The notes: a model not told the origin generated them from the letters alone. A stretch of DNA of 53,197 bases from Candidatus Dojkabacteria bacterium (GCA_015489595.1 WFZK01000008.1:1-53197), one strand, 5' to 3'; counted from the first letter of the stretch, positions 1-9,691 are shown. Numbers and translations: made by a program.

Positions 1-1
1 A

Positions 2-535
2 AAGCACTTTATCAGGATAGGACAAAGGAAGTTATACGTATTCGTTGCGATAGATATAAAGACCAGGTTAGCTTTTGCAATGTTTTATGAAAGGATGAGG
101 AGCGGTGATGCTGCGGAGTTTTTAACAAGAGGGATCAAGTTTTTTGGCAGTTTTGGAGAGCTAAAATATATCCAGACAGATAACGGAGGTGAATATGAGA
201 AAGAGTTTGACAAGAAGGTTAAACAGTTAGGGTTAATACATGTGTACAGTGAGGAAGGGAAACCTAAAGAGAACGGATACGTAGAGAGGTTAATACGGAG
301 CATAAATGGAGAGTTTTTGTGCGACTTGCCGGGAGATTTAAGTGTTGATGAGTACAATGCCCATTTGTTGGAGTGGCTTACGTACTATAATACAGAGAGG
401 CCGCATGCTGGATTAAATTACAAGACTCCGGCAGAGGTAGCATATGGAAGCGGGAACCACACTTTGAATATAAATTTGTCTCAACTCTTTTGGATCTATA
501 TACAAATTTGCCAACCTGCCCCAAAAATGTCATAA
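2..535 (+). mobile_element. DDE transposase, integrase-core (rve) domain, 5'-truncated by the window edge (IS481/IS3-like)
   Basis: The frame stays open back to nt 2 (KHFIRIGQRKLYVFVAIDIKTRLAF...). Motifs seen: IQTDNGGEY, GKPKENGYVERLIRS, YYNTERPHAGLNYKTPAEV. Confidence 0.75.
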
Positions 536-536
536 T
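528..536 (+). promoter_or_regulatory. extended -10 box (TGTCATAAT), 5 nt before ATG 542
   Basis: Sequence reads tgtCATAATattccATG. There is no Shine-Dalgarno. Confidence 0.4.
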
Positions 537-541
537 ATTCC

Positions 542-1063
542 ATGGATCTTTCAGCAGTGGACACCAACCAAATCAAGCAGTGGTTCGCTCAGTTTAAGGA
601 GCTTAAAGATAAAGGTCCAAGCGGCGAGGTTATAAATCTGTTTTTAGAGACAATAGATCGCATGTTAGAGAGTCTTAACATGTCTGTTGAATCTTCTGAA
701 GCCTATCAGGTAAAATGGCAGCTACTTCAGGCTCTTTTATTAGAGGTTACAGCAGATTTCTGGAAAACCATAGGTGTGGAGCGTTTTACCGAAGAGATAA
801 AGCCATACTTGTCAGCAAAAGATAATCCAGAAGCTCAACAAGAGAAGGTCTTAGAGCTTTTTAAGAAATATTCAGAGGAGTATCAACAGAAGCGAGGTCA
901 TCAGATATGGGTCCAGCTAAGAGATATAGGGGTTAATGTCTTAGATAGTTTTATCAAGAACCTTGGTAACTCCATCTCAGAAGAGCAGAGAGAAAGCCTT
1001 AAGGCAATTCTTCAACAGTACAGCGAATATGACCTAAGCGGCTTGGAGGAACCGCGGGAGTAA
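542..1063 (+). CDS. hypothetical protein (helical, acidic)
   Basis: 173-aa ORF with a leaderless-type promoter. No motif recognised. Confidence 0.5.
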   Translation: MDLSAVDTNQIKQWFAQFKELKDKGPSGEVINLFLETIDRMLESLNMSVESSEAYQVKWQLLQALLLEVTADFWKTIGVERFTEEIKPYLSAKDNPEAQQEKVLELFKKYSEEYQQKRGHQIWVQLRDIGVNVLDSFIKNLGNSISEEQRESLKAILQQYSEYDLSGLEEPRE

Positions 1064-1087
1064 CCTGTTCACGTTGGCTGGCCTTGG

Positions 1088-2389
1088 TTGGATATGACCC
1101 TTAAAACCCCCTCTTTACTCTACCACGCCCTTTCTCATATTCCAGCCTCTGGTTATGTGTTTTACAAAGACTTGGCAGATTTACTTGAAATCTCTCCGCG
1201 GGCTGTAGGGAATTTTTTGCATCAGAACAAAGATCCGTTTAAGTTTCCGTGTTTTAGAGTTTTAAATGTTTACGGTAGAGTAAGTAAAGCTTACGCGTTT
1301 GGTGGAGCAGAAAGCCAGCGCTGTTTACTAAAGCTTCAGAACGTTAAAAAACATTTCAAATTCCCTAAGGTCTTTAAGCTTTATTTTAGGCTTCTAAAAA
1401 GATTCGGGTTGCCAGGACTTTGGCCGTGGTATCAAAATGCTGTGAGCAGTCACGATCCTGAAGAGATAATAATCGGAGCTATTCTTACGCAGAATACTTC
1501 GTGGAAAAACGTTGAGGCCGCATTTAAGAATCTTTACTCGCATCTTAGAAAGTCGCGTGTTTCTTTGAAAGATATTCACGAGCTCTCACCTGACGTTCTT
1601 GCTAAGCTTATTGTCCCTGCGCGGTATTTTAATCAGAAGGCAAAGTACCTTAAAAATGTTGCGAGAGCTTTACTCGCAGCTGATAATCCAGGTCAGTTTT
1701 TCTTTTATGAGTTTTTAGATACTTTTAAGCTAAAAGTCACAGCGCTGGTTAAAGAGTTAGTAGCCCAAAAGCTCGGGTCTAATCAATTAGAAAAGTTAGG
1801 GGACTCTATACTTTTGGCTCTTGGGCTTCAAGGCCAGTTAGGGGATTATTCTGGCACTTGTGCTGCGGCCTTTAAAGCTTGCATGGAGTCTGGGGATTGC
1901 CACAAATTGTGGCTTAGGCCAAGTAGGGTAGAACCCTACGCAGTGGTTGAGAAGGTTTGTAAACTTGTGCGGACACTGCCAGAGTCACCGGCCTTGCTGC
2001 AAAGGATTTATTCACGAGTCTATCAGCAGGTGCGTGGCGAATTTACAGAGGCCCGCAGTAAGGTTAGACAGTTTCTTTTGGGTATAAAAGGGATAGGGAA
2101 CGAGACCGCAGATACTATGATGCTTTATGCTTTTGGTTGGCCTACATTTGTAGTGGATGCGTATACCTTTAGGCTTATAAAGTTGGGTTTTTGGGGCAAA
2201 TCCGCCTTTGGAAAAGGATCTTATAGTGAGGTGCAAAGATTCGTAGAGAGCCGTTATTCGCCGCTTCTGAGCGGCTTTAACCTGGGGTGGAGTATTTGCT
2301 GCAGGCTTGCCTGGCTATCGTTTGTTTATCAGACTTATCATGCGTTGATAGTAAGGTGGGGGCAGGAGAGACAATTCGAATCTTTTTGA
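1088..2389 (+). CDS. fusion protein: MGMT-type DNA-binding domain plus HhH-GPD (endonuclease III-like) DNA glycosylase domain
   Basis: The N-terminus has FPCFRVLNVYGRVS (a PCHRV-like motif with the Cys retained). The C-terminal part has AILTQNTSWKNVEAAF, FNQKAKYLKNVA and LLGIKGIGNETADTMMLYAFGWPTFVVDAYTFRL. The track start is TTG; ATG at 1094 is an alternative start. Confidence 0.7.
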   Translation: MDMTLKTPSLLYHALSHIPASGYVFYKDLADLLEISPRAVGNFLHQNKDPFKFPCFRVLNVYGRVSKAYAFGGAESQRCLLKLQNVKKHFKFPKVFKLYFRLLKRFGLPGLWPWYQNAVSSHDPEEIIIGAILTQNTSWKNVEAAFKNLYSHLRKSRVSLKDIHELSPDVLAKLIVPARYFNQKAKYLKNVARALLAADNPGQFFFYEFLDTFKLKVTALVKELVAQKLGSNQLEKLGDSILLALGLQGQLGDYSGTCAAAFKACMESGDCHKLWLRPSRVEPYAVVEKVCKLVRTLPESPALLQRIYSRVYQQVRGEFTEARSKVRQFLLGIKGIGNETADTMMLYAFGWPTFVVDAYTFRLIKLGFWGKSAFGKGSYSEVQRFVESRYSPLLSGFNLGWSICCRLAWLSFVYQTYHALIVRWGQERQFESF

Positions 2390-2452
2390 GGCCTTCTCGT
2401 TTTTGCGTACCCCCTGTGATATTTGGTAGGTTTTCTTATAGGGTATAATCGG

Positions 2453-2947
2453 ATGGAAATAGTTTACAGAGATGTCATGAGGGTTAGACCTACTTTAAAT
2501 GGGCCTGAAGGCGGAAGGGGCGGCTATAAAGGTCCGGATTGGGAAGAGACCTTTAGGAGGCTTGAAAATTCCAGGGTAATTAAAAGTTCCCTAGCTATGT
2601 TTTCTAGTACAATGTTACTGGAGATATTTTATAGGTTGTCTGATCGGCAAATATGGCACGTGTTCGGGTGGTTATTTGTGGGTACAGCGCTTCTTTTTTC
2701 TTCATATAGCGCCTACAGAATGGCGAACTGGCAGCCAAGGGGGATTGAAGATAAGGATGGAGCCATAGGTTACTACGTTTTAGGAGGACATCTTTTCAGT
2801 TTAGGGGCCGCTCTAAGTCTTGCTGGTGCTATTACCTGGGTGTTGTATAAGGAGAGTGGGGCTTTAGAGTTAGCAGCTATCGGGGCAGCCATTGCTGTGC
2901 TAGGTGGAGCGGTTAAGAAGTTTATAGCTCAACGTAAGCTTAAGTAG
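2453..2947 (+). CDS. hypothetical membrane protein
   Basis: Several hydrophobic helices (WLFVGTALLFSS, LSLAGAITWVL). TATAAT at 2444-2449 lies just upstream. The track ORF starts at TTG 2423, so the start is uncertain. Confidence 0.45.
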   Translation: MEIVYRDVMRVRPTLNGPEGGRGGYKGPDWEETFRRLENSRVIKSSLAMFSSTMLLEIFYRLSDRQIWHVFGWLFVGTALLFSSYSAYRMANWQPRGIEDKDGAIGYYVLGGHLFSLGAALSLAGAITWVLYKESGALELAAIGAAIAVLGGAVKKFIAQRKLK

Positions 2948-3049
2948 GGAGCAAAACTGTCGCAACTCTTGTGAACCCGTATAACCCGTACAATACAATG
3001 CGTTGATTTGGTATAATAAGTTGTTGATAATATAAGATACTTTTACATA

Positions 3050-3352
3050 ATGAGGTTACCAGAAATATGCGACTCCTTACGCCTAAAAACGAGAGCACAG
3101 AGGTTTGTGAAGGCAGCTGTTAAAGTTAGCGAATGGGTTTGGCAGAAGGTTAACACCGAAAGGGGGGCTAACCTCTTCTTCCGAGCCCTAGAGGCAAGTG
3201 CTGTAGGGGTTACGGCGGCCTATTTACTTGGCGGTGGGGATAAGAAGATACAAGCAGCTGTAGGAGGTCTATTACTATTAGGTCTATTCGAGTGGGGTAG
3301 AACACCAGTCCTTCACATGATTAATACTAGGAATCGGCCTGAGGAGTTGTAA
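3050..3352 (+). CDS. small hypothetical membrane protein
   Basis: 100-aa ORF with two hydrophobic segments. Confidence 0.4.
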   Translation: MRLPEICDSLRLKTRAQRFVKAAVKVSEWVWQKVNTERGANLFFRALEASAVGVTAAYLLGGGDKKIQAAVGGLLLLGLFEWGRTPVLHMINTRNRPEEL

Positions 3353-3427
3353 GAATTCGAAGAGGATAAAGGACTCTAGAACTCTCACAACTTTTTTTGA
3401 ACATATACAAGGCCTTCATGCCTCTAA

Positions 3428-3436
3428 TGCTATAAT
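3428..3436 (+). promoter_or_regulatory. extended -10 (TGCTATAAT), 5 nt before ATG 3442
   Basis: Sequence reads tgcTATAATgttacATG, with no SD. Confidence 0.5.
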
Positions 3437-3441
3437 GTTAC

Positions 3442-5568
3442 ATGCACCGCCTTTTTAGACCCAGTTCCATCGCTGTTGTAGGTGCTTCGCATCATAAAGG
3501 CAAGGTCGGTTTTGAGCTTTTTAGGAATGTATTAAATTCAGGTGTAAAGGCGGTCCCTGTAAATATAAAAGGGGGCGCGATTTTAGGGGTGTCTGCAGTA
3601 ACATCGCTTCTTGACCTGAATTTTGTACCAGACGTAGTCTTGGTGGCTGTTCCAGTCCAGGCTGTTTTGGGTGTAGTAGAACAGGCAGTGCGTATGAAGG
3701 TCCCTTATGTTGTGGTTATAACTTCTGGATTTAAGGAATCCGGTAGTCAGGGGGCGTTATTAGAGCGGAGGATAAAAGAAACTGTGGCACGGAGCCAGAC
3801 TCGGCTCGTAGGTGTAAATTGCCTGGGATATGCATCTAACCTTGAGGGGTTTTCCCTTAATGCTTCGTTTATACAGTCTCCTCCAGCGGGAGATGTTGCG
3901 TTTGTTTCTCAGTCAGGAGCTTTTGGTGCAGCGTTCGTAGACAGAATATTAAAAACTCGAGATTTTGGCCTTAGGTATTTCGTCTCAATAGGTAACAAAA
4001 CAGATCTTACCGAGTTAGATTTCTTTGAGTATTTCAACCAAGATCCAAAAGTTAGGTCAGTAGCTGCCTATTTAGAAAGCATAGCAGATGGACATAGGTT
4101 TTTAAGGGTTGTGGCGCGGGGGCTGCTGAAAAAGCCATATGTTATTTTGCTCCCTGGAAGGTCAGATCAAGCTCAGAAGGCTGCCAGACTCCATACAGGT
4201 GCTCTAGCTAGCAATACAAAGATAACTGATGCTGTTTTTTCTAAGCTAGGAGTTGCATCTACCTATTCAATGCGAGGATTCTTTAATTCTATTAAGCTTT
4301 CAAGGAAGTTGGGTAAGAATCGTAGCCTCAATAACGCTTCGTTTTATGTTATTACAAATGCCGGTGGTCCTGGAGTAGTTACTACAGATCTTTTATCCGA
4401 AGCTGGTTTTAAGTTACAAACTACATCTAAGAATTTGCAAGAGAGGCTGGGCGCTGTCCTTCCCAAAGGCGCAAACGTGTACGGCCCCATTGATGTTTTA
4501 GGAGATGCTGATGCTAAACGTTACAGCGATGTCTTAGAGATAGTCACCAGCGATAAAAATGTGTCTGGTACTATTGTGCTGTTTACACCGCAGTTGGTAA
4601 GCGAGCCAGAAGAGACGGCCAGGGTGGTAGCAAGATATCAGAAAAAGAGAGTGTTTCCTGTATTTATAGGTGGTAAGCAGGTCTCTGGTGCCAAAGAGGT
4701 TTTAAGGTCAGCTGATATCCCTGTATTTGACTTTCCGCAGGATTTAATTGAAGCGTTAAGGAGTTTTAATTTCAAGACATATCCCTGGCCTATAGGGTTA
4801 GTAGATAAGGGGGTACGTGAGAGACAGTTAGAAGAATTAAAGAGTGTGGTTGAAAAACACAGAAGTTTTTTTGATAGGTTTAAAGGTAAGAGATTAGATC
4901 CATTGGTTTTTGATACCATCTTGCGAGCGTTGAGGTTGCCCCTGGCAGAGGCTGAGTTTATCCCATGCCGGCAGTTTGAAAAGTTAAGGTCTTCGGCGAT
5001 GTATACCTTAATTAAGAATGCATCTCGCAAAATCAGGCTGCCTTGGGTAATAAAGCTTGTGGGGCCGGGGCTGCTGCACGGTACAGATATGGGATTTGTG
5101 TATCTTGGGATTAAAAACAAGCACCAAGCAGCCAACGTATTAAAGAGTCTATGGTCTAGAATTAAAAGGTCAGAAAATCTCTGCGATAGCCATACCTACG
5201 TTCAGATTCAGCGCCAGGTGCCTGTAGAGGCAGAGATGTTTGTTGGTCTAAAGTATGATTTAACCTTTGGGCCAGTCCTGGTCTTTGGTTCTGGGGGTAT
5301 ATTCGCGGAGTTAGTAGAGGATATAGCAGTGGTGCCGCTTCCTGCTGGCAGAGATGAGTTAGAAGATAAGCTGAAGAAGACCAAGCTTTATAAATTAATA
5401 ACGGGCTATAGGGGCGCTAAGCTGATTAATCCAGAAATGGTAGTCAGTCTTCTGCTTAGGCTCTCACTGGTTGCGCGCGTGTTTAGTACTTTTTCTGAGA
5501 TGGATTTTAATCCAGTTGTGATTAACAAGCAGGGGCTTTTTATGGTTGATTATAAGCTAGTATTGTAA
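3442..5568 (+). CDS. acetate--CoA ligase (ADP-forming), fused alpha/beta (CoA-binding, CoA-ligase and ATP-grasp domains)
   Basis: FRPSSIAVVGASHHKGKVG at the N-terminus, VSQSGAFGAAF, and a C-terminal ATP-grasp-like region. The 708-aa length is typical of fused ACD. Confidence 0.8.
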   Translation: MHRLFRPSSIAVVGASHHKGKVGFELFRNVLNSGVKAVPVNIKGGAILGVSAVTSLLDLNFVPDVVLVAVPVQAVLGVVEQAVRMKVPYVVVITSGFKESGSQGALLERRIKETVARSQTRLVGVNCLGYASNLEGFSLNASFIQSPPAGDVAFVSQSGAFGAAFVDRILKTRDFGLRYFVSIGNKTDLTELDFFEYFNQDPKVRSVAAYLESIADGHRFLRVVARGLLKKPYVILLPGRSDQAQKAARLHTGALASNTKITDAVFSKLGVASTYSMRGFFNSIKLSRKLGKNRSLNNASFYVITNAGGPGVVTTDLLSEAGFKLQTTSKNLQERLGAVLPKGANVYGPIDVLGDADAKRYSDVLEIVTSDKNVSGTIVLFTPQLVSEPEETARVVARYQKKRVFPVFIGGKQVSGAKEVLRSADIPVFDFPQDLIEALRSFNFKTYPWPIGLVDKGVRERQLEELKSVVEKHRSFFDRFKGKRLDPLVFDTILRALRLPLAEAEFIPCRQFEKLRSSAMYTLIKNASRKIRLPWVIKLVGPGLLHGTDMGFVYLGIKNKHQAANVLKSLWSRIKRSENLCDSHTYVQIQRQVPVEAEMFVGLKYDLTFGPVLVFGSGGIFAELVEDIAVVPLPAGRDELEDKLKKTKLYKLITGYRGAKLINPEMVVSLLLRLSLVARVFSTFSEMDFNPVVINKQGLFMVDYKLVL

Positions 5569-5572
5569 AGCC

Positions 5573-6169
5573 ATGTCAGTACGGATGCGAATGTACAGTT
5601 CGTCTGGTTATGTGACAACAGCGCAGATTGTAAGGGTTTATATTCATAACGAATCAAAGGATAAGGTGAGCTTAGGAGAAGCTACACTTAAAGTTTACGG
5701 AGAGGGCAGCGGTTTTGAGATTACTGACCCGGCTTCTGATGTAAAACAGTCTAGATTTGAGAAATTCGGAACCTCTATTACAGCGCATCTTCCGGCTGTT
5801 GAACTTAAGCCTGATCAGTGGCTTGAGGTTTTTAGATTTACCCTAGTACCTAAAGACCGGGGGCGGGTAAGGATTGTGGTAGAGCCGGTTGATAATAATA
5901 GTTGGCCTTCAACCTACAGGGAATTCACCTTGGCTGGAGCTAGGGTGTTTAATGAGAAGATAACTTTTACTGAGGAACAGTCCCCTACCCCTTCGCCAGT
6001 AAGCCATACTCCGACCGTTGCAGGACAAGCTCCCGCAGCCACGAGTAGAGGATTCCCGCTGTGGCTGGGGTTTATAGATGTAGTAGGAGTCTTTGTTATA
6101 ATTGTTTTAATCAAAAACATACTTAATTTATTAGCTAGGAAGAAGCATGGCAAAAAAGATCAAAGTTAG
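5573..6169 (+). CDS. hypothetical protein with a C-terminal membrane anchor
   Basis: A beta-rich N-terminal part, a P/T/S linker, then the TM segment FPLWLGFIDVVGVFVIIVLI. Confidence 0.5.
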   Translation: MSVRMRMYSSSGYVTTAQIVRVYIHNESKDKVSLGEATLKVYGEGSGFEITDPASDVKQSRFEKFGTSITAHLPAVELKPDQWLEVFRFTLVPKDRGRVRIVVEPVDNNSWPSTYREFTLAGARVFNEKITFTEEQSPTPSPVSHTPTVAGQAPAATSRGFPLWLGFIDVVGVFVIIVLIKNILNLLARKKHGKKDQS

Positions 6170-6377
6170 AGTAACTCTAAATCAGGATACTTGCATAGCT
6201 TGCGGAACTTGTGGAGCCCTTATGCCCGAGGCATTTGAGTTTGATCAGAAGGCTGGGAAGTACTCTGTAAAACCAGAGTTTAGAGAGATAGAGGTAGATG
6301 AAGAGACATACAAGCGTCTTAAAGAGGCAGAGAGCATGTGCCCTACGCAGTCGATTAAGGTCGAGAAGATAGAGTAA
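6147..6377 (+). CDS. ferredoxin (single Fe-S cluster type)
   Basis: CIACGTCGALMPE ... CPTQSIKV in a 76-aa protein. Confidence 0.75.
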   Translation: MAKKIKVRVTLNQDTCIACGTCGALMPEAFEFDQKAGKYSVKPEFREIEVDEETYKRLKEAESMCPTQSIKVEKIE

Positions 6378-6940
6378 TGCGCAGTTTCTTAAGGCCGGTA
6401 GTAGATTCACGTGTGGTAAAGCCTCTTGTAAAGTTTGATCGTTATATTTCAGCACTTTTTGTAAATTGGGCGCACAAATACAGTCTAGTACATGATTTTT
6501 TCACTGTTGTGAGAGTTTTGACAAATATTTTGGGGATACCGGTATATCTTTATTTGCTGATAAGCAGTACGGAACTATCATTTTCGCAACTATTAGTTTT
6601 CCTAGGTTTTTGGCTTTTAGGCGGTATAACAGTTGAATTGGGGCTTAAGAATTTTTTTGCGAGGGTTAGGCCAGAAGCTAAGGTTAAAGTCTTTTCCTTT
6701 CTGGGAATAAAGTTTTCTAAGCCAACCTCTTATTCGTTCCCGTCTGGGCACGGTTTTCACGCAGGGTTTATTGTAGCTACAGCTTGGTTGCTTGGAGTCA
6801 AATTTAAGTGGGCAATTACAGGAGTGGCTCTAGTAGTTGCTGCCTCTAGAGTTTTTTTAGGCTTTCATTACGTTATGGATGTAGTGGCAGGTTTTATTCT
6901 TGGAGCGTTGTATGGGATATTTGTTGTAAAAATTTTGTAG
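6377..6940 (+). CDS. PAP2-family phosphatase (undecaprenyl-diphosphatase-like)
   Basis: PAP2 motifs SFPSGH and SRVFLGFHYVMDVVAG, with multiple TM helices. Confidence 0.75.
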   Translation: MRSFLRPVVDSRVVKPLVKFDRYISALFVNWAHKYSLVHDFFTVVRVLTNILGIPVYLYLLISSTELSFSQLLVFLGFWLLGGITVELGLKNFFARVRPEAKVKVFSFLGIKFSKPTSYSFPSGHGFHAGFIVATAWLLGVKFKWAITGVALVVAASRVFLGFHYVMDVVAGFILGALYGIFVVKIL

Positions 6941-7095
6941 GGGTCTCACTCAAAAATCGAAAAGGTGAATTTTCGCGTGAGACCTCTAAATTGCTCTTCC
7001 TCCAGCTGCTTTGAATGACCTTACGGTCAGTAGCCCTCACCACCGTGAAAAAAGAACTTACTTTAGGGCGTGGGGCGAAAATTTGCGGGGATGTG
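6939..7095 (+). repeat. mosaic repeat copy (hairpin A 6939-6987, core, degenerate half hairpin B 7066-7092)
   Basis: ggtctcac/gtgagacc stem around aaaaatcga. The core ttgctcttcctccagctgctttgaatga... aligns with 34898-34975. It ends in tttagggcgtggggcgaaaat. Confidence 0.7.
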
Positions 7096-7169
7096 ATAGT
7101 GTTACTTTCCTTTACTGTTGCAAAATTCTTTATGGATGGGTTTGTCGCTTTTGAGACTGGAGAGATTTA

Positions 7170-7223
7170 GCGCATGGACTGAGCGAAAATTTTTTGTGTC
7201 AAATTTTCGCTCAGTCCATGCGC
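7170..7223. repeat. solo hairpin with a 23-bp perfect stem and an 8-nt loop
   Basis: gcgcatggactgagcgaaaattt (7170-7192) pairs perfectly with aaattttcgctcagtccatgcgc (7201-7223). It abuts the -10 box of the next gene. Confidence 0.85.
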
Positions 7224-7226
7224 ATG

Positions 7227-7235
7227 TGTTATACT
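7227..7235 (+). promoter_or_regulatory. extended -10 (TGTTATACT), 5 nt before ATG 7241
   Basis: Sequence reads tgtTATACTtttctATG. Confidence 0.45.
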
Positions 7236-7240
7236 TTTCT

Positions 7241-9691
7241 ATGTGGAACATGCTCTTTTTCACCGTGGTAGGACCAGTAGTAGACACTGCCTATAGTCCT
7301 GAAAGTGGTGGTTTGTCATATGGTTTTGTACTAGGGTTTATTTTGATTGTTTTTCTAGCTCTTTTGGCTGTAATAGCTCTGACATACGTTGTGACCAAAA
7401 GGCTTAAAGAAGAAGATAAGGATAAAAAATCTCTTAAATACGTTATGTATTTGGTGAGGGTTCCTAAAGACAATGAAGTTCAGATAAAAGCGATGGAACA
7501 GTTGTTTTCTAGTTTTTATGGATTTGCTAAAAGTAAGGGATTTCTTGAAAAGTTAACTTCAGCAGAAGAGGGTATCTCCTTTGAGATAATAGGATATCCC
7601 AATTACATAGGATTCTTCGTATACACTCCGAAGAAATATGCGAATTTAGTAGAGAAACAGATTTTAGGAGCCTATCAAGATGCAGAGGTGGTTGAAGCTC
7701 CAGAACCCAATATCTACAAAGAAGGTAGTGTGGTTGCGGCCGCAGAGTTTAGGCTGAGTGATAAACCATACTACCCGATAAAGACCTATGCTGACTATGA
7801 AGACAAAAGCGACCCTCTTACCAATATAGCAGGAGCTTTTGCAAATATGGTAGAAGGAGAAGGAGCAGCCTTGCAGGTATTGATTGTTCCTAGTGACTTG
7901 TCGTGGGCTAAGAAGGGTCAGAAATTGGTGAAAAAGCAGCAGCAGCTTATGAACGATCCGGAGAAGAAGGGTAAGGTTACCTTGTCTCAACAGCAGATGG
8001 ATGCGATCTTAAAAAAGACTTCAAAGGTTGGGTTCAAGGTGTATATTAGAGCGGTAGTCAGCGCTCCTGACGAAGCTTTAGCTAAAAGCAGGCTAGGCTC
8101 TCTGGCTGGAGCGTTCCTGCAGTTTACTAACCCTGGTTTTAATTCATTTAAGATGTACAGAGTAGAGCAGGGCAAGCTCAGAGAATTTATGCGAGATTTT
8201 GTATACAGGAGGGTTCCTGAGTCAAAGCCTTCGATTCTAAATGTTGAAGAGCTGGCCACAATTTATCATTTCCCTAACAAAAATGTCCAGATTCCAGGTA
8301 TAGATTGGTTATTGGCCAAAAAGGCTCCGCCTCCACCGAATCTGCCTACAAGTGGTTTGTGGATAGGCACTTCGATTTACCGTGGTGTTAAAAAACCAGT
8401 ATACATAGGCTCCATCAAAGATAGAATGCGACATATGTATATTATCGGTCAAACAGGTGTAGGAAAGTCATATTTTATGGCCAATATGATTTTGCAGGAT
8501 ATCTATAACGGCATGGGGCTTGCTGTGCTTGATCCGCATGGGAGTCTAGTCGAAGAGGTAGTCTATAGAATTCCCCCAGAAAGGGCAGAGGACGTTATTT
8601 ATTTTAACCCCTCTGATACTGAGCGGCCGTTTGGATTAAATATCTTAGAGCACAGGAACGAATACGAAAAGCACGAGATCGTAAATGGATTCTTAGCTTT
8701 AATGAAAAAGATGTTCGACCCGCATGATCAGGGTATTGTAGGTCCTAGATTCGAGCGTGCAGTGCGAATGGCGATGCTGACGGTGATGGTTGATCCAGAG
8801 AGCACCTTAGTGGAGGTGTTAAGAGCAATAGCAGATGAGCAGTATGCACGTAGCTTTCTGCCACTTATTAAAGATCCTGAGGTTAGACTTTATTATGAGA
8901 AGGAATTAGCGAACACTGATAAGTTCCATAAATCTGAGATATTAGGCTGGATCACCTCAAAATTCGATCGGTTTGTAACTAACCTGATGATACGCAACAT
9001 AATCGGTCAGAGTAAATCGTCGTTCGATGTGCGAAAGGTTATGGATGAGGGTAAGATTCTGCTGGTTAATTTGTCGCAGGGTTTAATAGGCGTGGAGAAT
9101 GCTCAATTTTTAGGTCTGCTTTTAGTCCCTAAGATAATGAGAGCAGCTTTAAGCCGCGAAGATACTCCAGAAGATCAGCGCAGGGACTTCTTCTTGTATG
9201 TAGACGAGTTTCAGAATTTTGCAACCGAAGATTTTGCAAAGATATTGTCTGAGGCTAGAAAGTATCACCTAGGGCTAGTGGTGGCTAATCAGTATATAGC
9301 CCAGATGAATGAGAAGGTAAGAGATGCAGTGTTTGGTAATGTGGGTAATCTGATAGCTTTTCGAGTCGGTGCTACAGATGCTGAGTATCTAGAGAAAGAG
9401 TTTGCTCCTGTTTTTTCTCAGCAAGATTTGATTAAGCTAGAGAATGCAAATGCCTATGTGAAGATGCTTATTAATGGCTTTGCAGCACCACCGTTTTCTA
9501 TGAGTACTTTTTATGATATGAACAAGAGGTATCCTAAGTATCCTAAGGTGGGAGAGCTCATCAAGAAGCTATCCAGAATCAAGTACGGTAGGCCAGTGGA
9601 ACAGGTGAATCAGGATATTGAGCGCAGGGCAAGACGGACTAATGCGAGTGCTCCTACAACTACAGATGCTATGCCGCCGTTGACTTTCTGA
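7241..9691 (+). CDS. membrane-anchored P-loop ATPase, type IV coupling protein-like (VirD4/TraD/TraG family)
   Basis: N-terminal TM FVLGFILIVFLALLAVIALTYVV, Walker A IIGQTGVGKSYFM, LDPHGSL and Walker B FFLYVDEFQNF. The start was moved from 7118 to 7241 because 7118-7240 runs through the hairpin and the promoter. Confidence 0.65.
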   Translation: MWNMLFFTVVGPVVDTAYSPESGGLSYGFVLGFILIVFLALLAVIALTYVVTKRLKEEDKDKKSLKYVMYLVRVPKDNEVQIKAMEQLFSSFYGFAKSKGFLEKLTSAEEGISFEIIGYPNYIGFFVYTPKKYANLVEKQILGAYQDAEVVEAPEPNIYKEGSVVAAAEFRLSDKPYYPIKTYADYEDKSDPLTNIAGAFANMVEGEGAALQVLIVPSDLSWAKKGQKLVKKQQQLMNDPEKKGKVTLSQQQMDAILKKTSKVGFKVYIRAVVSAPDEALAKSRLGSLAGAFLQFTNPGFNSFKMYRVEQGKLREFMRDFVYRRVPESKPSILNVEELATIYHFPNKNVQIPGIDWLLAKKAPPPPNLPTSGLWIGTSIYRGVKKPVYIGSIKDRMRHMYIIGQTGVGKSYFMANMILQDIYNGMGLAVLDPHGSLVEEVVYRIPPERAEDVIYFNPSDTERPFGLNILEHRNEYEKHEIVNGFLALMKKMFDPHDQGIVGPRFERAVRMAMLTVMVDPESTLVEVLRAIADEQYARSFLPLIKDPEVRLYYEKELANTDKFHKSEILGWITSKFDRFVTNLMIRNIIGQSKSSFDVRKVMDEGKILLVNLSQGLIGVENAQFLGLLLVPKIMRAALSREDTPEDQRRDFFLYVDEFQNFATEDFAKILSEARKYHLGLVVANQYIAQMNEKVRDAVFGNVGNLIAFRVGATDAEYLEKEFAPVFSQQDLIKLENANAYVKMLINGFAAPPFSMSTFYDMNKRYPKYPKVGELIKKLSRIKYGRPVEQVNQDIERRARRTNASAPTTTDAMPPLTF

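Noticed and set aside
4638-5135. Antisense or shadow ORFs inside well-supported genes: 4638-5135(-), 30688-31245(+), 31828-32133(+), 35568-36023(-), 41662-42042(-), 44005-45454(+ set), 46790-47092(+), 48512-49093(-) and 50287-50646(-)
   Set aside because: Each lies wholly inside a longer gene that has clear family motifs on the other strand. None has a recognisable motif or promoter.
7118-7240. N-terminal extension of the coupling-protein ORF
   Set aside because: It is translated from the 23-bp perfect hairpin and the -10 box. ATG 7241 fits the window-wide promoter spacing and precedes the TM helix.
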